Assembly (NCBI GenBank): GCA_030141605.1
Contig: JAQGDQ010000228.1
Location: 248,001-312,000, forward strand
Source of the DNA: Tubiluchus corallicola
Taxonomy: Eukaryota > Animalia > Priapulida
Direction: 5' to 3'
DNA length: 64,000 nucleotides
Both the position numbers and the translations under genes were made by a program. The stretch's first letter is position 1; each line of letters starts with the position of its first letter. The notes below the pieces were generated by a model, which saw only the letters and a program-made list of their open reading frames with translations, made no database searches and had not been told where the DNA came from. Shown here piece by piece: positions 54,656 to 64,000 of this stretch.

Positions 54656-55109
54656 CTGCATTATTGACACTTATAGTAACTAAAATTTATTCAACATTCT
54701 ATAAAATGCATTTGTTTATGTTACATTTGGCACTTTGAATTAATAAATTGGAGCTGTTGATTTTCAAATAAAAATGTAAAATAAAATAAAATTATATTGC
54801 GATATATGGGCAAAACTATTGCGGTATTTCGCTAAAATTTTCGGACGATTTTAATTTGTGAATTTCTACTTGATCCAGTTTTGCGATAAAAAACTGGATA
54901 ACTGCGACACTTGCGATATTTGCTGCATTAAGTCTTAATGATACGACAAAGCACAAAGTCAAAGAACTGCGTATTACTTTATCAAGAAAACTGTAGTAGT
55001 AAAAGCAGTAATGACGGCAGTGGCAATGATGAAGATGATAATAATGCTGAACACGCTAATATGTAGTATTAATCCTTAATCATTAAAAATGTATAGCTAA
55101 ATTGATTAC

Positions 55110-55227
55110 CTTCCTCTTCTTCTTCTTCCTCCTCCTCCTGTGATAATACATGTGTGAACCGAGAAGTTATCAACGCCAGTGTAAACCAATACAGGCATCC
55201 ACGAGTCCCGGAAATAAATGCCAACAT
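55110..55227 (-). CDS. Short collagen-like protein, first coding exon (signal peptide plus poly-Glu)
   Basis: ttttgtgtttcaag|ATG. Reads MLAFISGTRGCLYWFTLALITSRFTHVLS-QEEEEEEEEE. Donor GAAG|gtaatc is phase 1, matching the collagen exon acceptor. Confidence 0.72.
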
Positions 55228-55429
55228 CTTGAAACACAAAATAACTTTCAAGAAACAGATAAAAACTGATGAAAAAAATGTTGAAATACCCCAAATGTTT
55301 CTACAATTTCTGTGAAATATCTATGATCATTAGTACCCCCTTCTGTTTGTTTCTCTCTCTTATGGTATGAAACCAGCTCTCTAGCTAGTATAAAGCGAAA
55401 GAGTAGGGTACATTGCGAATATTTAAACA

Positions 55430-56260
55430 GTAAATCGATTGAAGTATTGAACTCGTATAAGCGCTATAAAAATAAGGTTATTACATTGATTAGAACTGCC
55501 GGTCGTGATTATTTTCACAATAAGTTAAATGAAAATAAGCACAACATTGCCATGTTTGGGAAAAAAATTAAGCAAATCATAAGCAAGAGGTAATATTCAA
55601 TAAACAACGTTTAAAAATAACGGTAGCGAAAACGAGATAACAGATTCGACAGCAATTGCTAAGAATTTTAACATTTTTTGTAAACGTTGGTCAAAACGTA
55701 GGAAACAAACGAAGGAAATTTCTATCCTTAACAGAGATCCTTCTTACTACATGAAATATGGTTTAGGTGACCGTGTATTTCACGACCCCCACTAACCGAT
55801 AATGATGCAGAAAAAATTAAATTATCTTTAAAAAATAGAATAACCCCTGGCTCGGGATGACATAACCACTGAAACTTTAAAATGATTCTACTGACATTAC
55901 GTTTTAACTTGTCATTTACATCTGGCGAGGTGCCAAAAAAATTAAAGTTAGCTAAAGTAAGCCCCATATACAAAAACCAAAAAAAAGAATCATACTGTTT
56001 CACTAACTACCGCCATGTTTCTCTACTCCCGATGTTGCCCAAGCTGTTAGAAAAACTTATGTATACAAGATTAATCAAATTTGGAAATGAAAATAATATG
56101 CTATATATGTATCAGTTTGAATTTCGCGAAACATTTTCCACAGAAATTGCCTTGTTATTACCGTTAGACAAAATTAGCAATGCAATAGAAAATAATGAAT
56201 AGAACAGCTTCTTGATATAAAAAAGGCATTCAACACAGTAAACTACGCGATTTTTATGCA
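55430..56260 (+). mobile_element. CR1/L2-clade LINE ORF2 fragment (pre-RT region to RT motif 3)
   Basis: GEVPKKLKLAKVSPIYK..NYRHVSLLPMLPKLLEKLMY..YQFEFRETFSTEIAL..LDIKKAFNTVNY, with stops and frameshifts. Confidence 0.88.
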
Positions 56261-56635
56261 GTTTCAAAGATGCAAGATCACGATTTTTTTACATTGCGAT
56301 CAACATGAATGAATCCTGTTACCAGTAAAACGTTCGGCAAAGCTAATAATGTTGCACAAGTTGCTGTACTTGCAGCCGTCTTGCTACCTTCTTGAAATCC
56401 TAAATGGTGTAATGTTCTAGGATATTTTGAGCATTAGATGTTGATTCTTGGTCTTGAAAACCAACATCAAAATTATTACAAAGTAACTTTTTTCGTCATT
56501 TCTAAAAAGTGACTGTATTAAAGGTTGGCTTTAACGCATATTATGTTCATTTTATACTTTGCTAAAGTCACTCTTCACATTCTGTACAGATCATAGCTAT
56601 AGACATTTATTTCACACTTTTCCCAAAATGCATAC

Positions 56636-58297
56636 GCATGGAGCTCCCGAAGAGTCACGTTGAGAAAACTTAATAATTCGTGGCCACGAATTACTAATCC
56701 GTGTGCACAAAATACTAATTTATGGCCTCGAGATACTAATCCGTGCGCACGAGATGCTAATTCCTGGCCACGAATTAATATGATCGTGCACAGAGATTCA
56801 GGTTAATGAATGACAACAGCTGCAAGTAGCTATACTTCACTTATCAGTTTCATGAAAAACTGAGTTAAACTTGACATTAACGAGATGCTCGCCACTTGCC
56901 TATCCCTGGTCCGATACGGATTCGCTAATGTGTGACCCCAGCAGTTTGCCCTGTTTTCACATTTTGGCTTCCAGCTCAGGCCTATTCTAGCTGAGCGCCT
57001 ACACCAGATTTTTACCTTGTAAATTTCATTAATCTATGCACCATAACTTTACAGTTATTCAATGTTACTACAGTTTGGCTTCTATCTGGGAATTTTAAAG
57101 TATTCAAACTCTTTAAAAGGCGAGGCACGTATCTACCCCATGCGTTTCTAAATACACGTAAAAAAATTTTGAATTTCGCTCAACTCCCTGGGAGGAGATG
57201 AATGACAATTTTAAAACTGATCATTGTCCAGTGTATTTTTCAGGGCACCACACCATGATTATGGCTCTTACCCTAGGTATGTACTTTGCAAGTTTCATAA
57301 CTACAGTTTAGCCTGTGTTATTTAAAGTTATGGCTCGAACTGACCTACGTCCTGAATGTCCTGCGTGCCTTCGATCATTTGACTGAGATCACTGTACAAC
57401 ACAAATTTCTAATTTTCACATAGTGGCGCCTGTCTCAGGCCATTAAAGAATCCCAGCTTTTTAAAACCCAGCTGCACCTCCCGTTTTCACGAAAAATCTA
57501 GTAAGTCCATTTTGTTGCAAAATTGAGTTGTTGGTATCAGGGCATATTTAGTACCATGGTCTATCTCTCCACCGAACGATTTTGACGTTTGTTAAGCGAG
57601 TTGTTGACAAATTAAGAAACCCAGTAAGTGCATTTTTCGCTGAAATTTGCAGACAGACCTAGCAAGTCAGTCTACATGAGTGTCCATTTCAGCCATTCAC
57701 GATGCGTTTTGCAATTGTGCAGCCAGGAGCCGCTCTGTAGGGGAACAGTTGGGTTGGTTGAAAAGTGAACCAGTTTTTCTCGTTTGTTCAAAATTTATTA
57801 ACTTACTAGGTATTTCCGGAAAACGAAAGACATCTGCCCTTAAATATAGTAACTTTCTTCCCCCACCCCGTGCTTTAGAAAAAAATTAAATTCAAATTGG
57901 TTTTGGTCGAAAAATGAGGCGTCCATTTCATTTAATCGTGGGAAATACGTGATTGAGCAAAAATGACCACCAAGTTAGACAATCCAGAAACTCTGCCACC
58001 AAAAAAGTCAATATTCAAAACTCTAAATTAGGCAAACTTAATAATTTTAATGTAAACAATCTTAAAAAATAAGAACGGTAAAAATCTGTAAGCGAATTAT
58101 TATACGTACTTTTTCCGTTACAAGTTTTAAGCTATATGATGGGCAAATAAACGCATATTGAAGATTTAAAACCTCAAAACATGATTAGTTTGATTTCTTC
58201 TGCCATAACGCCGTTTCGGTAATTACATTATGTAATTAATAATTCGTGGCCACGAGTTAGTAATTTTTCTTAACGTTGCCCTTCGGGGGCTCCATGC
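56636..58297. mobile_element. 1.66-kb non-autonomous TIR element with 21-bp palindromic subterminal repeats
   Basis: About 65-bp imperfect TIRs (GCATGGAGCTCCCGAAG.. / ..CTTCGGGGGCTCCATGC). Five tandem 21-bp units of the AATTCGTGGCCACGAATT type at about 56675-56778 and one at about 58241-58258. Confidence 0.85.
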
Positions 58298-58419
58298 ATA
58301 AGTGTTAGACCTATATGAAATGCTTGGAAATTTTAATCAATGTCTAAATGTTACACAACATCTTAATATACACGCCACGTTTGGACAACATATAAACCTG
58401 GACAGATACAAAAACTTAC

Positions 58420-58470
58420 CTTGGTTTTTTTCTTTTTCCTCTTTCAGTACAGCTGGTGAAACTGAATTGG
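58420..58470 (-). other. Putative 51-nt 5' UTR exon of the collagen-like gene
   Basis: Strong acceptor ttttgtgtttttag| and donor AAG|gtaagt. An in-frame TGA would lie upstream of ATG 55227, consistent with a UTR exon. Confidence 0.5.
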
Positions 58471-58647
58471 CTAAAAACACAAAAATATCACTTGATTCAG
58501 GATCAAGCAAAGAAAAGGCAAAATGTCCACAAAATTGTTTATTAAATTGAATTTGTTTAACTGGAAAGTTTGATTAAATTTAAAATCATTTCATAATTTT
58601 TACAATGCTTTTTAATATTGAAAAGATTTGCTTTGCATACGTTTTAC

Positions 58648-58689
58648 CTTAGAATACGAATTCTAGTCGGAAAAGTTCCACAAAACTGA
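58648..58689 (-). promoter_or_regulatory. Candidate initiator (TCAGTT) and 40-nt first exon of the collagen-like gene
   Basis: Minus-strand TCAGTT at 58689-58684, followed by donor AAG|gtaaaa at 58647. Motif evidence only. Confidence 0.28.
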
Positions 58690-61476
58690 TTTTTACCATA
58701 AATCAATCTTACAAACAATGTTGGAGCAAGACACAAACCTCATAATAAAAAATGTTTCTGTTTTGTCTCACTCTAGAGCTGCGGCCAGTGATTTCATACA
58801 TTTGTGTTTTCCCTTGTGATTTTATTTGTTGTGCATCTATGTTTATTCAATGTGATTGTATCTTATTTCAAATATGATGTTTTATGTGTCAATAATATAA
58901 AAATTCCACCCAAAACTTAATATCAGTAATTATATGTCATATTTTCTTCTTTTTTCTTTATATTTTTTTATACTTCCCTTCTTCTTCTTTCTTCACCCGA
59001 ATATAATCGTATTATCACCATAGTGGTTTGTATTGTCTTGTTTCCCTTATTTCTTAATTCCGGATTCTTTTTTCATTAATTAAAAGGAAATGAAAAACAA
59101 AATTATCGTACTTACGACTGTAACCTCCACCAAAACTTTCCAGAAGTATTGCGCTTGTTGCTCGCTAGTAATGTTATTGCCAATTAAAGTTACTTTCGTG
59201 TAATACTTTTGTGAATCAGATTTCGCTTTTATTATTTTGATGAGGCGAAGTTTGCCATGCGGTAACAAAGCGCTTGTCAGTGAACTTTATTAACTAGCCG
59301 CTAGCAAAACTTTAACTGATTTGGATGGGCAATGTCACCCGCGAAGTTATGTTGAAGCAAATTTTTGAATTTCCTTTTCGACTGTTTTTTTAATCACTAC
59401 TGTTTAACACTACTTGCCTACAATAGACATAATATTTTCATGTGTATTTCATAATTCCTGTAAATGTGTATAATTTAGGCCTATGCAATAAAGATTATAT
59501 ATATCTTACTGTAAATGTGTATAACTTACGCAATAAAGATACTATATATAAGTATTGTGTTTATTTATAGTGCGGTTGCTTATTATTCAATGTGCAATTT
59601 TTAGCAGAGAAATTCCCCCTTGAGACACAGCAGTAGTCATTAGTAGCATTCTTGCACACCATAAAAAAAATTTGGGTGGGCATCACTAAATGGTGGCCAC
59701 TCAATTTCATACCCATTTTTGAAAATGGTGAAAACTTGCGTATTTTGAAAGAAATGATCTTTTCATTTGGTTTAATTTATATTAAAACAAGACAATAGTA
59801 AGAGTTTCTTGTTTTAGTGATGTTTATTGTATGTTATTATTATTATGCCAATTCAAAATTATCCTCTGTGGCCAATATTTTCGATTATCGATAGCAGTCG
59901 CTAGTTTACAAATGCTGCAATAGATTCTGGAAATTCTGAATGGGAAGATCTTGTAGAAGCTTTTAAGCATCAGATATGGATTCCTAAGTCCATACTTAGA
60001 CACAAAATCATCGTCCTTCCTGCGCTAATACCAGCTAAAGATATGCCCTTCGTAAACTAGTGGCAGCCATATTTTGTAGGCCATTTTGAAAATAACACCG
60101 TTCTGCTGAACTGACATTTTGCGCCATTTTTAAAACTCCTGCAAGAGGCTAGACCACGCTTACAGAAAGTCTACCTAGGTTGTTCTTACCTCAAGTGACT
60201 GACTGTACAAAGGGGTCAAATGATTTGGTCCTAAAAATCCTATCAGGACTCTATCCAAGGACAGGTTTAATTCTAGCGGTTGCCTTCGGCATAAAATAAG
60301 CAGCTAGAAATAATTAAAGGTCACGCAGTTAGTAGTCACGTAAAATGGGTATTGTTCGTAATTGTGAATTTTTTAATTAATTTATCTATCTATTGTCATC
60401 AAAAGAAAAAAGAGAATGATAACGAAATCCTCGTTACATAAATTTCCATTTGACCTGCATGTATTATCTTTTGCTATATTGGTATTTTATTTGATTTTAT
60501 TATGCGGCGTGCAGAGTACATTCCGCCTATGGCTAAAATTCTTCCCGTTAGAATTGAAATTCCTAATTGGGAACCAAATTTCTACTAGTTTGAGAACATT
60601 CTGTAAGTGGGATAGCAATCTGAAATCACAAGTCTAGGCAATTATAGCAAACTTACATAACCCTTCGGGTTGATATTTAGGTATCACTTGTTCGATAGTA
60701 AAACTTTCATGTAAAACAAAAAAGTACTGCAATATTGCAATATGCTACTTATACTGACGTAACCTTAGGCCGTTACATTTTGTTCTTATTATTTACTAAG
60801 GATTTACTCGACTCCGTCTACTCTAATGATACCATTCTGTGTAGTAAATACCAGAATGCTATGCTAATTCAACTAGTAATTAAAAGTATTTCGCCTACTT
60901 GACAGTAATCCAAATTTGGCTTTTACATTTCATGCAGCTCTGAGGTAGGGTGTTCTTGGCTGGATGCTATCTTCGATTACTTTCATGTAGATTTACATTA
61001 CGTTTGCTATAAACTTTCTCAAAAATATTTTTATCATTTCCTTTTAGTCTTATTATATAAAGCCGGCAGCAATAGGCTATGTTCACAGAATAGTTATTAT
61101 GATGGCTATAACCCCTACGCCGGCAGGTGATAAAAAATAGTGTATATGTTCGTGTCATCAAAAGCAGAGCAGAGAGAGTTCTAAGAACTATTACAAGTGT
61201 TACTAGTCTCTGTACCGATTATACCTAGCTTGCTTACTTAACGTAAGCAAAATTTTTTTATTTACAACTTTTCATCATTACATTTAAAGTGAATGACCTG
61301 TTTTTATACCTTGCGGACAAATAACATCGTGTTGGCATTGCCACTCTATTTTTGTACTTTTGCACGTGAGATGATTTGTACTCTTACTGCCGGGTTTTTC
61401 GTAGATGTTTCCTGATGTTAAACATTTAACAGAGTTCACGCTGCTTGTAAGAAGATTTTACTTCCTATTGCAAATA

Positions 61477-62447
61477 CCGTAAAACGGGGTGAGTTCGCCA
61501 CTTTTTAGGGGTATTTTTTTACGTTTCCTGCCATAGCAAGAGAATTAGCCAACCGATTTTCTTAGTTCAAACTTTATATTGCCCTTCGAATAAAACACTA
61601 TCGTGGGGTGAATTCGCCACTAACAATTTAACACTGTTTAATGCCATTCTAGGCAGCTGAAGTTAACTGGTTGTGATTGGCTGGTTGGGGGTGAGTTCGC
61701 CACCCTATGAAAAAATTATAAAAAATGTCTAGTTTTAGTTTTCAAATAGAAACTTCTACGTTGGCAAGGAAGGCTTGAACGTCTTGTGCACTGATCTTAT
61801 TGCGGGCGCCCTTGACGTTGCCAGCCACTCTGAAAACCAGATTGTTCCTTCGGGCGAATGATTTGACAAAGTCTATTCCAGGGGTGTTTGCCTTGAATCG
61901 TCGTTCCTGGATTCCCTTCGCGTCAAGAACACTCTTAATCACTAGTCGGAGATCGATGGCAGTCATTGGGAACCCCCACTCAGCGGCCACTGGGAGTGTT
62001 GGCGATTTCGTGCTCCTCAGCGGCGGAGAACACTGGCTGACCTCCGGTCTTCCGCGGATGACTTCCTGAGAGTTTGTCAGAAAGGGTCTTTCTTGGAACT
62101 CCGAATTGCCTCGCCGCTGGGCTGATTGTCCTGTTGGTATTCTTGACGGCATGCAGGGCAACTTCCAGAGCTTCTGGGGTATAATTTTGGTATCTATGAC
62201 CCGGTACAGGGGTGCAGGTGCGTGGCATGTTAAGTAGCAAGAAATAGTAGACAAATAATATGTAGCGCAGAATGGAATACTTCTAGTGCGAATTGAAAGA
62301 AGATAACTGTCGCAAACTGTTTATAATGACGGTGATCATGATATCTGTTCATTAAACACTGAACAATAGTTACAGCAAACCTACAATGGCCAATACGTAA
62401 GGGGTGGCGAACTCACCCTCGGGTGGCGAACTCACCCCGTTTTACGG
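61477..62447 (-). mobile_element. pogo-like (Tc1/mariner superfamily) DNA transposon, internally deleted, 971 bp
   Basis: Perfect 25-bp TIRs CCGTAAAACGGGGTGAGTTCGCCAC with TA on both sides. Extra internal copies of GGGTGA(G/A)TTCGCCAC at about 61605, 61687 and 62402 (the last inverted). Confidence 0.95.
61742..62228 (-). pseudogene. Truncated pogo-like transposase (pipsqueak HTH and CENP-B-type HTH; no DDE domain)
   Basis: From ATG 62228: YTPEALEVALHAVK..AARQFGVPRKTLSDKL..GGQPVFSAAEEHEIA. Frameshift near 61995, then AEWGFPMTAIDLR..FKANTPGIDFVKSFARRN, then a stop. Confidence 0.88.
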
Positions 62448-64000
62448 TAATTATTTTTTACTACGTAGTAACGACATCCGGTTTGAAAATCACTGTTTTA
62501 AAAATTGATTTAGTGAAACCGAATCATTCTTAGATTCATAAAAAACCAGCAAAATTTGAAAAGATTAATCTACATGAACAAGTTTTGTGAATGCTTTTTG
62601 AAAGGTTGGCGTGCCATGTTTTACAGGATCATTTACAGGAAGCGCAAAAATACAGAAAAACTTTTGGTTACTCATGTATCTTTTACAGACGTGTTAAGAT
62701 TCATTATACTAACAATGGGCTCATTATATAACAAATCACAGAATTCTTAATTATTGAACTGGGTCAGTCTCTGACTCTGGCTTGATCTGTCTGAGATTTG
62801 ATCTATCAGTGTAGTCTGTTTGGGGTTTGTTCGTTTGAGGTCTAATTGTCGGCTGGATTCGTCTAACTAAACTGATAATGAAAAATGTGTTCCTTAATTC
62901 ACGGCCTGCGAATTAGTCCACAGTATGTTATATGTCTGTGCGAAATGCCAGTTACCTACGATGAGAACTGTACAAATTTCAAACATAAATTTGTACAAGA
63001 AATTCCAATAGCATGACCAAGAACTAGGGATCCGTACTACATCAAAACATACAATTTATCATTTGGGTCCATTGTTCAGTTACTCATATTGATGAACTTA
63101 TGCCCATGTTAGACCAAAACTCAGCCAAACCGGATCTCAGATAGATTACATTTCTGACAGGAAGACCTTTGATGTACCAGACAAGAATGAGCTAGAGCTA
63201 GAGTTAGAGCCACATTTAGAACAGAAAGAAGCTGACCCAATCCAATAATTACACCACATCTAGACCATGAGAGAAGCGGCAACTACAGACTACGATCTAA
63301 CCTATGTTAGACATTGCATCATTTATGTTAATGATTATTGACGCAAAATTGTTACATAATGACATTTTTTGTTTACGACACAATGCAGCATTTTTATTAC
63401 ATAATGCTGAATTGTTACATAGAGAGCCTTTTGTGTACAAACTTCACGTAATGCATAAGGTGAAGAATAATTTAGGGAACTGTCGAGGTGTTGGAGCTAC
63501 TTCTAGTGGATACAGGTCAGAAGGCAAAGAACATTGTCCGTGGCGCACCAATCGGGGAGTCAGCATTCAACCGAAAACCCTCCCATTAGTGCTAGTATTA
63601 GCGTCTCTATCATCTATATAGGTTACCCTTTGCGTCGAAAAGTAGGCCTACTGACTTTATGTCCTACATAATTCTTATTCGATATTTATATGGCGCTTTG
63701 AATTAAAGTCATGAGTTATTAATTTGTTGTTTACATTTTTGTTGATTTGATTAATTTGGTTTTTGGTATGATTTAGTTAACATTTATTAACCCCCGCCAT
63801 TTAATTAACAATCATTCATCCATTGTTTGTTTATAGCACTTCGCGATTTCTTGGTAGGCTGTTTTAATACATATGCTAGTTACGTAAATACACTTAATCT
63901 AATTTTTGTTTTTTCTTTTTCTATTGTAGATAAACTTTATGTTATGCGTAATAAGCTGAGGTATTTTGCTCAAAGCTCAAAATCACTTAAGATGGATGTT

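Noticed and set aside
56675-56778. Palindromic repeat array resembling a CRISPR array
   Set aside because: The 21-bp units are contiguous with no unique spacers, lie inside a TIR element, and there are no cas genes in this eukaryotic context.
63100-63621. Acidic short frame and 105-aa ORF near the window end
   Set aside because: No recognisable domain or consistent splice structure; possibly decayed retroelement sequence, but this cannot be supported.

Overview
AT-rich eukaryotic (invertebrate animal) genomic DNA with spliced genes, many microsatellites and transposon remnants. No prokaryotic operons, rRNA, tRNA genes or CRISPR arrays are seen. Two minus-strand protein-coding genes can be assembled by hand with consistent intron phases. 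(1) A rotund/squeeze/lin-29 (ZNF384/ZNF362-family) six-finger C2H2 transcription factor: join(21056-20739, 17734-17677, 14416-14187, 12755-11685), 558 aa. Its finger residues look arthropod/ecdysozoan-like (recalled similarity). (2) A short, apparently secreted collagen-like protein: join(55227-55110, 50193-49708, 47865-47687), 260 aa. It has a signal peptide, Glu10, CNC, 51 uninterrupted Gly-X-Y triplets with Ser at Y in 28, CTC, a KR site and a basic tail. Its last exon begins with GTAAGT, so splicing recreates a consensus 5' splice site (recursive-splice-like). Mobile DNA includes a 971-bp pogo-like element with perfect TIRs, a rearranged Gypsy LTR remnant with a tRNA-Pro PBS, several CR1/L2 LINE fragments whose tails appear to seed microsatellites, and several MITEs. 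All family assignments come from motif recognition; no database search was run.
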